Source: Candidatus Altiarchaeota archaeon (GTDB lineage Archaea; Altiarchaeota; Altiarchaeia; IMC4; SCGC-AAA252-I15). From it: a stretch of DNA of 62,965 bases. Under the pieces are notes generated by a model. It had not been told where the DNA came from. It saw nothing but the letters and a program-made list of their open reading frames with translations, and did not search any database. Shown piece after piece: positions 19,377-28,853 of this stretch; position 1 is the stretch's first letter, and each line of letters opens with the position of its first letter. The position numbers and the translations under genes are program-made. The stretch is from NCBI GenBank assembly GCA_043813075.1, contig JBDRLL010000019.1, forward strand, positions 1-62,965, written 5' to 3'.

Positions 19377-20882
19377 ATGGCAAGCTTGATGAGGAGCAGG
19401 AGGAAGGCTGATACCGACGCGATACTGCTCCTGGGATTTTTGGTGATACTCGCAGTCTTCGCCTACAAAGTGTACACTCAAGGCAGCATGGTGGTGTGGA
19501 ATAAGGCAGTTGAGGATGGTGATGTGCCTGGGAAAACGGTGGTTGCCGTAAGGAAGCCTGTTGTGGCGGGAGCGTTCTACCCGTCAGACCCGGGGAAACT
19601 CGCCGCAATGATAGACGAGTATCTGGGGAAGGCGAAGAAGTCTGACGCCTACGGTATCAGAGGACTAGTGTCGCCGCACGCAGGATACGTATACTCCGGG
19701 CCAACCGCGGCATACGGCTACAAGCAACTGGAAGGCATGAGGTATGAGACGGTTATCGTGATGGGGCCATCCCACAGGCACGGATTCAAGGGAGCTTCAA
19801 TACCAAACGTCACGCACTATGAGACTCCGCTGGGGCTGGTGGAATTGTCGCCGAAGATAAGTGAAATGTATGGGGAGGACGTTATAGTCTGCGAGACCAA
19901 TGCCCATGCGGGAGAGCACTCGGTTGAAGTCCAGATCCCGTTCCTCCAGCGAGTCCTCCAGAAATTCAAGCTGATACCGATAGTCGTCGGGGACATAGAC
20001 CCCGAAAAACTAGCTGAAGCATTGGAGAAATACGTTGACGAGGACACACTGATAATAGCGAGCACCGACCTATCGCACTACCACCAGTACGACGATGCTG
20101 TGGGGATGGATGATGAGACAGTCAAAGCGGTTGCTGCATTGGACTTCGAAGCCATGAGAGAATGCGAGGCATGCGGGAAGACTCCGACGCTCGCGCTAAT
20201 GAGCATCGCGGAGAAGAATGGTTGGGGTAGTGAAGTGCTTGACTACCGGAACTCCGGCGACACTGCGGGAGACAATTCCAGTGTCGTGGGGTACGCATCC
20301 ATCGCATTCTACGATGGCCTCGATATGGAAGAGCAGGAATTCCTGGTGGAGCTTGCGAGAGAGACGCTTAACTCCCACTACGCTGACGGCAGCCTACCTG
20401 AAGTCGACGAGTCACAGCTGACAGACAAACTGGAGAGGGAGTCCGCGTGCTTTGTGACCCTGCACAAGCACGGAGACCTGAGGGGATGCATCGGGCACTT
20501 GTCTGCCATGGAGCCACTCTACGAGTGCGTCATCCAGAATGCGTTGAACGCCGCACTACACGACGGGAGATTCAATCCGGTTAAATGGGATGAACTAGAG
20601 GATCTGGACATTGAAGTGTCAGTTCTGAGCGAACCCAGGATACTGCCGCATGAAAGCCCGGAAGACCTTCTGGAGAAGCTTGTCCCAGGCACCGACGGCG
20701 TTGTCATAAAATACGGTTGGGGTCAGAGCACTTACCTGCCGGTAGTATGGGAGCAGCTGCCTGAAAAAGAGGATTTCCTAAACCGACTCTGCCTGAAGCA
20801 GGGAAGCCCTGAAGACTGCTGGAAGAGCAGCAAGGCAGAGATATACACGTACCAGGCCCAGGACTTCTCGGAAGTTCACTGA
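19377..20882 (+). CDS. amrB: Fused AmmeMemoRadiSam protein B (MEMO1) + protein A (AMMECR1) with N-terminal TM anchor
   Basis: MEMO motifs VAGAFYP, PHAGYVYSG, GPSH, EHSVEVQIPF, STDLSHY, ACG, VVGY; AMMECR1 motifs ACFVTL, LRGCIG, DGRF, IEVSVL; hydrophobic AILLLGFLVILAVFAY near the N-terminus. Confidence 0.93.
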   Translation: MASLMRSRRKADTDAILLLGFLVILAVFAYKVYTQGSMVVWNKAVEDGDVPGKTVVAVRKPVVAGAFYPSDPGKLAAMIDEYLGKAKKSDAYGIRGLVSPHAGYVYSGPTAAYGYKQLEGMRYETVIVMGPSHRHGFKGASIPNVTHYETPLGLVELSPKISEMYGEDVIVCETNAHAGEHSVEVQIPFLQRVLQKFKLIPIVVGDIDPEKLAEALEKYVDEDTLIIASTDLSHYHQYDDAVGMDDETVKAVAALDFEAMRECEACGKTPTLALMSIAEKNGWGSEVLDYRNSGDTAGDNSSVVGYASIAFYDGLDMEEQEFLVELARETLNSHYADGSLPEVDESQLTDKLERESACFVTLHKHGDLRGCIGHLSAMEPLYECVIQNALNAALHDGRFNPVKWDELEDLDIEVSVLSEPRILPHESPEDLLEKLVPGTDGVVIKYGWGQSTYLPVVWEQLPEKEDFLNRLCLKQGSPEDCWKSSKAEIYTYQAQDFSEVH

Positions 20883-21346
20883 ACCAGCTCTATGTCGGTG
20901 CTGGCCTTGGCGATGATCTTTTTGCCCTGAATGACTTCAAGCCTTAGCGTATAGTTACCAGCGCGTATTCCGGAACACGTGTTGCATGACGGGAGCATGT
21001 GGCTGACCGACAGTGTATTAGCGCCTTCAGATAGGTTGGCCTTGAATTTCTCGTCCAGCCGGTTGGTGGGGTGCTCACTACCCTGGCGTATGCCATAGAC
21101 GAACACCCACACTTCACCCACATCCCTGTTGGAGACTATGGAGAACGAGAGGTTCATAAGCTCCTTGGACTTGTAGAGTCCCTTGTCGGTGGCGAAAGAC
21201 GCTACTTTCACCACAGTCTTCCCCTTGGACGCGGAAACAGTTGACGTTGTCTTCGACTGGATTGTTGAAGATGTCGTGGCTGGGCTGTCAGAGATGCATC
21301 CTACAAGAAACACGAGCATCGTGAATATGGCAAACGAGTTGCGCAT
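20876..21346 (-). CDS. Putative lipoprotein (Ig-like domain after S/T linker)
   Basis: Lipobox LVGC, Ser/Thr linker, CxxC, GNYTL beta-sandwich-like end. Confidence 0.7.
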   Translation of the reverse strand: MRNSFAIFTMLVFLVGCISDSPATTSSTIQSKTTSTVSASKGKTVVKVASFATDKGLYKSKELMNLSFSIVSNRDVGEVWVFVYGIRQGSEHPTNRLDEKFKANLSEGANTLSVSHMLPSCNTCSGIRAGNYTLRLEVIQGKKIIAKASTDIELVQ

Positions 21347-21377
21347 ATGCTAGTAATAGTAGGATTTGGTTAAAAAC

Positions 21378-22283
21378 TCAGATGCTGAACTCGAGTCCTG
21401 ACACCAGCGCAAAGACCCGCACGACATCGTCTGGCATCGACTCGGATATGTTTGAGAACCATAGTATGCTTGACTTCGGCGCTACTGAAGTCACGATGTC
21501 AAGTGCGTTGGACATCTCGGTGAAAGGCTCCTTGGATTCGGCGGTGAATGACAGTAGCACTCCAGACGCGGTTGTTATGTCCCGGAAGAACATGGGACTC
21601 ATCAATGCTGATTCCACAGCCTCCCTGGCACTCCCCCCCTCGCCAGAGCCTATCAGCGCCATTCCAGTGAAAAGGCTCCTCGAGGCGACCTCGTTCCTCA
21701 CTGAAACGTTTATCAGATTCCTCACGGCATCCAAGACCAGGCTGTTGACCGCTGAAAACGAATCCCTTATGGAAGAGCCCTGCGTCACCGTGACGAGCTT
21801 GTCGTTGTCTATCACAACTATCATGTCGCAGAAAGACTGGAGGTCTTCGAGGGCCGAATACGAGTTACTCGCGCAAACCTTCCCCTCAACAGAGAAGGGA
21901 AGGTTGACCAGCGCGACGACGACGCAGCCGATGCTCTTAGCAGCCTCCGCGACAACAGGAGTGGCGCCGGCACCGGTCCCACCCCCAATCCCGGCTGTTA
22001 TGAAGACTATGTCCGCGCCAGACATAAGGGACTTTATGCGGTCATACTCCTCACGGGCAGCCTTCTCACCCAGCAGTATGCTGTTGCCGGTACTCTGGCC
22101 GCCGGTAGTGTTGCGGCCTAGGAGTAGTTTGGAGGATACCTTTGAATTCAGCAGGTTGAGTGCGTCAGTGTTCATTGCTATGTAGCCGCAGCCTATGCAC
22201 CCTGAAGACTGTATGTTCTCCACGGTACTGCATCCGCTGCCGCCTACGCCAACCACCTTTATGCTAGGAACCCTGTCAGCCAG
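21378..22283 (-). CDS. Divergent FtsZ/tubulin-family GTPase (probable CTG start)
   Basis: IKVVGVGGSG, AMNTD, AGIGGGTGAGATP, PFSVEG, IDNDKL; T7 loop motif absent. Confidence 0.85.
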   Translation of the reverse strand: MADRVPSIKVVGVGGSGCSTVENIQSSGCIGCGYIAMNTDALNLLNSKVSSKLLLGRNTTGGQSTGNSILLGEKAAREEYDRIKSLMSGADIVFITAGIGGGTGAGATPVVAEAAKSIGCVVVALVNLPFSVEGKVCASNSYSALEDLQSFCDMIVVIDNDKLVTVTQGSSIRDSFSAVNSLVLDAVRNLINVSVRNEVASRSLFTGMALIGSGEGGSAREAVESALMSPMFFRDITTASGVLLSFTAESKEPFTEMSNALDIVTSVAPKSSILWFSNISESMPDDVVRVFALVSGLEFSI

Positions 22284-22330
22284 TTTTTACACCACACCCG
22301 TTTTAGGATAATGGAATAAGGAGAATTAAA

Positions 22331-23992
22331 TCACGCCGCCTGGCTCTTGAGAGACCTTTCGGATATATCATCCAGCCAGTCCATAAATTCTTCAGTTTTC
22401 GGTTTTTCCTGCCTGCGGAACACCATCTCGGACTTCAGGTTCTGCGCCCGACGCTCCATATCAGACCTTGCGGAGGGGTCGCTGTTGGCCTGGTGTATCA
22501 TCTCAGCAGCATAGTAAGGCGAGTCTTCAGTGGACCTTTCAGAGGCCATCTGGACTGCCGCGCCCACAATAGCCATGGACGGGACATCAGCCTTCATGGA
22601 CATAGTAGCTATCGTAGGAATATCATCCTTACGGATTCCGTGTGTCGCCAGCTGCCTTGGATTCTCAATCACGTCCACAGTATCTGCGAGATCGACTTTG
22701 CGTTCAGGCGACGCGTTCAATAGTATGGGGTTGATGCGCTCCAACTTAAGGTCTGCCTCAACAGACTCCCTGTCGGTGGCAGGCCTCAGCCTAGTCCTCT
22801 CGGCCGCAACCTCTGCCACCTGAGCTCTCGTGTCCGTGGACAGGGCCTCGCCGTGAGCGGATAACTGTGACCTAGCCTCATCCGCGCTGACTTGACCAGC
22901 CTTTAGCTGCTCTTGGATTGAGATGGCCTCACGCTCTGCCGCGACCGCTGACTGGATTCGCCTTTTGACAGTGCCGAGGGTTGCTTCAACACCCCTTATA
23001 GTATCCTCCCCCCTTAGCCCGTCAACAGTATCGGATATCCTACCTCCTGCGCCGGCAATAGTGTCGGCAGAGACTTCGCCTGCGACTTCCCGCTCGACTA
23101 TCTCGCGCCCGTCAGTATGATATGTTGCTTCGTGAATCCGATTTAGGGTTGCCATCTCGTTGCCGCTGGACGCAAGGGCCCCCACCTCCTCCCGAATCTG
23201 GGTTAAATCACTGCTGCTGCTTGTGCCTGACAGAACATCGGATGCGACGCCAGTCCGTTTAACCGTCTCCTGAACTTCAGCATAGCTGACTGGCTTGCCG
23301 TCAGGACCCACAATTTTGGACTGCACGACTTCGATGTCTCCGGTAAGCGGTTTGCCGTCCACGCCAATCAAGGTCTTAGACTGTTCTGCAGTCATGGGAC
23401 GCCCATCAGGCCCCAACACCCTTGACTGCGCCTTGATTATTTTTCCTTCAGCACTCGCCTGCTGTATGTCGAACTGGGTTGTGTCGACGTCGACTGAAGT
23501 GGACTCCACCACCTCCTGCCTTACGCCCGCAGGATGTATGACGCCTGCTGAATGCAACGCAGAACCGACCACTGGCACACCATAAGCAGCCCTGTCGACT
23601 GCTGTCGGAGACTTGAACCTGGTTTGCGCTGAAGTGGAAGATCCCGATAAGCTGGATTCGAAGTCGCCTTTATTACCGCCCAGCTGGCTGGTCAGCGACT
23701 GGATGTGTTGTAATGCAACCTGGGCTTCCGGACTATTAGGATTAGCCTTGACTACAGCATAGTTCTGCTGAAGCGAGTCCAATATGGCGCCCCTGGCGGC
23801 GAACAAGGCGGAGGCCTGATTCATCCTGGCAGGGTCATTCACGAACTCGTAGGGCTCCAGCCTCTGATCACGCTCTATAACCCTCCTCTCCTCGTCGGGA
23901 CGCATTTTCTGCCGCTTGTCCTCGGAGAGGGCGTATGCTGCGAGGGCGGCTTTAGAGGCTTCGATAACCGGACTAGGACCGCCATTAGCCAT
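22331..23992 (-). CDS. Orphan 553-aa protein with three G[PV]DG[KR]P repeats and helical regions
   Basis: Long ORF, no signal peptide or TM; repeats QSRVLGPDGRP / QSKTLIGVDGKP / QSKIVGPDGKP. Confidence 0.75.
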   Translation of the reverse strand: MANGGPSPVIEASKAALAAYALSEDKRQKMRPDEERRVIERDQRLEPYEFVNDPARMNQASALFAARGAILDSLQQNYAVVKANPNSPEAQVALQHIQSLTSQLGGNKGDFESSLSGSSTSAQTRFKSPTAVDRAAYGVPVVGSALHSAGVIHPAGVRQEVVESTSVDVDTTQFDIQQASAEGKIIKAQSRVLGPDGRPMTAEQSKTLIGVDGKPLTGDIEVVQSKIVGPDGKPVSYAEVQETVKRTGVASDVLSGTSSSSDLTQIREEVGALASSGNEMATLNRIHEATYHTDGREIVEREVAGEVSADTIAGAGGRISDTVDGLRGEDTIRGVEATLGTVKRRIQSAVAAEREAISIQEQLKAGQVSADEARSQLSAHGEALSTDTRAQVAEVAAERTRLRPATDRESVEADLKLERINPILLNASPERKVDLADTVDVIENPRQLATHGIRKDDIPTIATMSMKADVPSMAIVGAAVQMASERSTEDSPYYAAEMIHQANSDPSARSDMERRAQNLKSEMVFRRQEKPKTEEFMDWLDDISERSLKSQAA

Positions 23993-24056
23993 TAAATGAA
24001 TATAGGGAAGGAGAGGTTTAAATCCTTAATAAAACCCTGGGACACATAAATAACCC

Positions 24057-25007
24057 ATGTTAAACGAGCTGCGTAAGGACTACTTCCTAGACAGGTGGGT
24101 CATCATCGCGTCAGGCAGGGGAAAGAGGCCCACAGACTTCGCAAAACCATCGGATGACGAGGACGGTGGAGGCCTGTGCTTCTTCTGCCCAGGCAACGAG
24201 GAGACCACGCCGCCAGAGATAAGCCGTGTGGAGGAGGACGGCAGATGGATTATACGGGTATTCCCAAACAAGTTTCCCGCAGTCACCATGGAGGATGGAC
24301 CCTCGACAGGAAGGCTTATGCCTGCGAGAGGTGTGCACGAGATAGTCGTCGAGAATCCTGAGCACGGTAAAAGCGTTTCAGACCTGACTCCGGAACGCAT
24401 GAGCAAGGTCATTGACGTATACACCGAGAGGGTTGATGCAATGCTGGCAATGGATGGCATGGAATACGCGCTGGTATTCAAGAACCATGGTAGTAAGGCT
24501 GGCGCCTCGCTCTCCCACACGCACACTCAGATAGCCTCCCTCCCGTTCACCCCAACTCTTGTCGCAGAGGAGACCGCCATGTCCGACAAATATAGGCGAG
24601 ATAATGGCTCATGCCCAATATGCGACATTGTTAGAGAAGAGTCAGGCGGGGAGAGGATGGTATTCGAGGACGAGCATGTTTTCGCGTTCACACCCTACGC
24701 TTCCAGAAGCCCGTTCGAGGCGTGGATAACCACAAAAAAGCATGTGAGACTGCTGGGGGAGTTGACTGGAGACGAGAGGCTCAGCATCGCTAGGGCGTTG
24801 ACAGGCGTACTCTCGAGGCTTAGGGACGGCCTGAAAAACCCACCCTACAATTACTACATACACTACTCCCCGTCTGACGGGGACCTGCACTTGCACATAG
24901 AAGTGCTACCCAAACTGAACATCTGGGCTGGTTTTGAGATGGGTTCAGGAATAGTGATAAACACCATGCCGCCCGAAACGGCAGCAGGCTTCTACAGGGG
25001 GGTTTGA
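24057..25007 (+). CDS. galT: Galactose-1-phosphate uridylyltransferase family (HIT) protein
   Basis: RGKRP, CFFCPGNE, NKFP, FKNHG..AGASLSHTHTQ, AGFEMGSG. Confidence 0.9.
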   Translation: MLNELRKDYFLDRWVIIASGRGKRPTDFAKPSDDEDGGGLCFFCPGNEETTPPEISRVEEDGRWIIRVFPNKFPAVTMEDGPSTGRLMPARGVHEIVVENPEHGKSVSDLTPERMSKVIDVYTERVDAMLAMDGMEYALVFKNHGSKAGASLSHTHTQIASLPFTPTLVAEETAMSDKYRRDNGSCPICDIVREESGGERMVFEDEHVFAFTPYASRSPFEAWITTKKHVRLLGELTGDERLSIARALTGVLSRLRDGLKNPPYNYYIHYSPSDGDLHLHIEVLPKLNIWAGFEMGSGIVINTMPPETAAGFYRGV

Positions 25008-25043
25008 CTGCTTTTATTGTCCACATCATAATTCATATCTGAG

Positions 25044-26951
25044 ATGCGTTTCAAGAGTAACATAATCAAAACACTGGCCATACTAACTACGATAGTCTTT
25101 CTATCAGACACGGTTATATCGCAGGAGATTGAGGTGCTTTCAAAAGTCTGGGAGCACGAGTTGGGGGCGCTGCTGATAGAGAAGCCGATGATACTCAAAC
25201 TGTTTGTGGCAGACATAAACAGGGATGGTAGGGCTGAGATAAGCGCCATAACAACAGGCAGGACGACTACAGGATACACTAAGGACAAGAACAGGGTCTA
25301 CGTCTTCAGGAACAATGGGTCGACATACTGGGAGCTGGGCGTGGACGACACCATCCTGGATGTCGTCTTGTTTGACGTGGACAACGACCACAACCTTGAA
25401 CACGTGATAGCGGCCGGTGAGGAGAGGGAAAAACTCCAGAGGGGTCAGGTGCAGGTTGTTGGTTGGAATGGTGAAGTCTTGAGGACATTCAAGCTGTCCG
25501 CCCTGATTGACAGCATAGCGATTGGAGACATCAACGGGGACCAGTACTATGAGATAGGGCTGGGATCCCAGAAAAGGCTGATGGTTTACCATAGGAACGG
25601 GGAGAGGTTATGGATGTTCCCACCCAAAGGAGAGGGCCTGTTAAACTCTACTGTCGGTAAGATAGCCTTCGGAGACGTTGATGGGGATGGTAACGAGGAG
25701 ATAATAGCAGGCTCAGATAAGCTGTATTACATACGAAAGAATCTTCAGCTAGAGGCCGTCATCGACATCGATCCTGACACACCCTTGCTAAAGAAGACTG
25801 TGAAGTACCTTGACGTCCTTGACATGAGCCAGAATAAGCTGCCTGAAGTAGTTGCGGTAAACAGCAATAACAAACTCTACTCCATAGGAGTGTTTGAAGT
25901 CAGAAAATTAGGTAGTGGAGAGAACGCAATCATAGACTTGATTCTGGAAAAATCGTGGACAAAGAGCTTTGACTGCGACATAACCAAGATCATACCATTA
26001 AACATGGACAACGACGTTTTCTCCGAACTACTGGTCAGCTGCTCTGACCACATACTAAGAATGGTCGACAATAACGGAGTCGTTAAATGGCAGTACATCG
26101 TCGACGGAGACATCAGGGACACTGTGATATCGGACATGGACGAGGACAACATCCAGGACATACTCGTGGGTTCTTCAGTGGGCACTGTCTACCTGCTGGA
26201 CCTTGCAGGGAATTTTAAATGGAAATACTCGACAGGCAAGGGAATTGAGAAGATGGGTACTGGAGACTTGAACTATGACAATATACCAGACCTGGTGATA
26301 CTCTCAGAAGAGCCGGCCATAACAGCATATGTCGTAAACCAGTCCTTCACGCTGAAGAGGAGGGCGGACATGTACTATAAGCTGGGGAGGGAGAATTACA
26401 TATCCTCCAACTGGGATTCCGCGGAGGAGTACATGCTCAAGGCAAAGGCGCTATACTCTGAGCTAGAATATGTGAGGGGGATTGAAGACTCGCAGGAAAT
26501 CTTATCGATGATAGGTGACAGGAGGATAGACAGACGACGCGCTGAAGCAAATATTTACTATGAAAAAGCCCAGGAGTCATTCATTTCAGGAGACTACGAG
26601 CAGGCCAAGATATTCGTCCAGAGGTCGAAGGAGATGTACACTGAATTCGGCGACACCGAGAACATACTTAAATGCGAGCTTATGGAGATAAGGCTAGAGA
26701 AACTCATGAAGGGTGATGTGGAACCCGGTGAACTCCCTAAGATGAACAAGACCGACACGCCACCTGAAGACGACAACAAAGGCCTTGACTACAGGACAAT
26801 AGGCATTGCCGCAGCGCTGATAGTGATTGTCTTGATAATACTGGCCAAACGGAAGGGCAGGGGAGAGGAACTGATAGAGCAGGAGAAGGATGTCACAGAC
26901 GAGCTGTGGGGTGAGGATGACCCCTTAAGCAAGGGAGGGGGTTTGACATGA
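25044..26951 (+). CDS. Secreted FG-GAP/VCBS beta-propeller + TPR-like helical repeats + C-terminal TM
   Basis: Signal peptide, repeated D[IV]NxDGxxEI motifs, A..YY..A..Y helical repeats, TM IGIAAALIVIVLIIL followed by KRK. Confidence 0.8.
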   Translation: MRFKSNIIKTLAILTTIVFLSDTVISQEIEVLSKVWEHELGALLIEKPMILKLFVADINRDGRAEISAITTGRTTTGYTKDKNRVYVFRNNGSTYWELGVDDTILDVVLFDVDNDHNLEHVIAAGEEREKLQRGQVQVVGWNGEVLRTFKLSALIDSIAIGDINGDQYYEIGLGSQKRLMVYHRNGERLWMFPPKGEGLLNSTVGKIAFGDVDGDGNEEIIAGSDKLYYIRKNLQLEAVIDIDPDTPLLKKTVKYLDVLDMSQNKLPEVVAVNSNNKLYSIGVFEVRKLGSGENAIIDLILEKSWTKSFDCDITKIIPLNMDNDVFSELLVSCSDHILRMVDNNGVVKWQYIVDGDIRDTVISDMDEDNIQDILVGSSVGTVYLLDLAGNFKWKYSTGKGIEKMGTGDLNYDNIPDLVILSEEPAITAYVVNQSFTLKRRADMYYKLGRENYISSNWDSAEEYMLKAKALYSELEYVRGIEDSQEILSMIGDRRIDRRRAEANIYYEKAQESFISGDYEQAKIFVQRSKEMYTEFGDTENILKCELMEIRLEKLMKGDVEPGELPKMNKTDTPPEDDNKGLDYRTIGIAAALIVIVLIILAKRKGRGEELIEQEKDVTDELWGEDDPLSKGGGLT

Positions 26952-28843
26952 ATAAATGGCGTATTATGATTGTTGCATTCATAACAGTGCTATTCTTATC
27001 CTTGACCGTGTCAGCGGCATTCACGTATGAGGCAGACGCCATGTTCAGGGCCGCGCAGACATACCTCGAGTCCAATGACATAAAAAACTCGCTCAGGTCG
27101 CTTCACATAGCAAGGGGGATATACGATAAAAACAGGAATGAGAAGGCGGTGATGAGATGCGATGAGATGCTGTCAGAGATAGACAAGACAGTATCCAAGT
27201 CCCAGCTGGCCGAATATTACTATGAGATTGCGGGAGACTATTTCATTGCTGCAGGAAGCAGCAAATGCGATGTCGACAGCCTGCAGATGACTATCGATAT
27301 GGCGAAGAGGGGTAAGGAGGCTTATAGGGTTCTTGGGGGGATAGCGAGTTCGCAGGGCATACTGAAGTCTGAGGACCTGATAAACAGTGCGACAGTCGAG
27401 TTGAACAAGTGTGAGGCAGACAAGTACAGGGAGGCTGAGAACATGTTCAACATGGCTAAGTCTCAGTTCTTCCTTGAGGAATACCTGTTGGCTAGGGAAT
27501 TTGCATTGAATGCTTCGGACATATACTCGAAGATACCGGACGCCCAGGGCATGTCGAAGACGGCGACGCTGCTGGGTAAGATCGATGAGAACATAAACCA
27601 GATAAAGATCAATGCTGCGGCAAGCTATGATAAGGCGTTAAGACTGTATGCGGCAAAGAACTTGGATGAATCCATGGAGTATGCCGCAGCATCGCAGAGA
27701 TTGTACAACAGGATAAGAGACGAAGACGGGTACATGCAGGCGAGCAACCTCATCTCGAAGATAAATGACGCTATCGGCGCGGATGCTGACAGGAAATTCA
27801 GGGAAGCCAAGAAATACATCTCAGACGCAGAGACGTACTACACGATAGGGGATTACGTTAACGCCACTGAATCCGCGAAAAATGCGAAGGAGATTTACGA
27901 GTACTTCGAGACAAAGGCAGGGGAGAGGGAAGCTCACTTGCAACCGTCGCAACGTGTTGAGACAAGACTGTGGGGTAACAGGGTGAAGGAGGTAAACACG
28001 CTTTTAGCAGACATTCAGAGCTCATGGGGAGAGGTGAGGATACGCGAGACAGCAGACTTGTATTATAAGACAGCGCAGGAGCAGATGCTGAAGAACAGGC
28101 TAAACGAGGCGCTGGCGTACGCCAACAATGCGAGAAGCCTGTATTCAGACCTTACTGACTACGTCGGCATATCGAAGACAGACACACTGGTGGAGCAGAT
28201 AAAGACGAAGATGCAGCTCATAACCCAGGCAGACATATTCTTCAGGAGCGGCAGATCATTCTACAACGTCGCAGAGTTCGAGAACGCGTACGCAGAAACC
28301 AGCAAGGCGAAGGCAATATACGACGACGTTTTGGATGCTAACAAGAGTGCTGAAGCCCAGATACTCTTGGACAAAATCAGGGATGGGGACGACAAGAAGG
28401 AGGAGGCGACCACACATTACAGGAAGGCTCAGGCACACTATGAAGTCCTGGACTATGAAAACGCCTTGGAATGGGCTAAAAAAGCGAACGTACTGTATAA
28501 GGAGATTAACTACAGCATAGGCATCGTGGAATCCCAGACCATAATCACCGAGAGCGAGGAATACATTCACGAGGAATGGGTGAAGACCAGGAACCTTATG
28601 ATAGGCGCCGGCATAGTGGTGATAATCGCCGTAGTACTCATACTGAAGTTCACTACAAAGGAGAAGACGCTTGAGGAGGAGGCAAAGGCGAGGAGGGATG
28701 TTGAAGAAGAGAGAAGTCGCAGAAGGGAGGATGAGAGCGCACTAGAGGTGGAGAAGGAGACTAAAGAACGTGTTGAAGACGAGTTGAGGAGACTGATAGA
28801 GCAAGAGAGAAGCACTAGGACGGATGCTGAAGACAAGCTATAA
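26948..28843 (+). CDS. Membrane-anchored TPR-like alpha-solenoid protein with charged cytoplasmic coiled-coil tail
   Basis: Signal peptide, many A..YY..A...Y/A...Y helical repeats, TM near C-terminus, E/R/K-rich tail; ATGA overlap with upstream gene. Confidence 0.8.
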   Translation: MNKWRIMIVAFITVLFLSLTVSAAFTYEADAMFRAAQTYLESNDIKNSLRSLHIARGIYDKNRNEKAVMRCDEMLSEIDKTVSKSQLAEYYYEIAGDYFIAAGSSKCDVDSLQMTIDMAKRGKEAYRVLGGIASSQGILKSEDLINSATVELNKCEADKYREAENMFNMAKSQFFLEEYLLAREFALNASDIYSKIPDAQGMSKTATLLGKIDENINQIKINAAASYDKALRLYAAKNLDESMEYAAASQRLYNRIRDEDGYMQASNLISKINDAIGADADRKFREAKKYISDAETYYTIGDYVNATESAKNAKEIYEYFETKAGEREAHLQPSQRVETRLWGNRVKEVNTLLADIQSSWGEVRIRETADLYYKTAQEQMLKNRLNEALAYANNARSLYSDLTDYVGISKTDTLVEQIKTKMQLITQADIFFRSGRSFYNVAEFENAYAETSKAKAIYDDVLDANKSAEAQILLDKIRDGDDKKEEATTHYRKAQAHYEVLDYENALEWAKKANVLYKEINYSIGIVESQTIITESEEYIHEEWVKTRNLMIGAGIVVIIAVVLILKFTTKEKTLEEEAKARRDVEEERSRRREDESALEVEKETKERVEDELRRLIEQERSTRTDAEDKL

Positions 28844-28853
28844 GAGCGGTAAA

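Noticed and set aside
19377-19480. Tat signal on the MEMO-AMMECR1 fusion (SRRKAD)
   Set aside because: Residues after RR are not hydrophobic as the Tat consensus requires; treated as a positive-inside signal anchor
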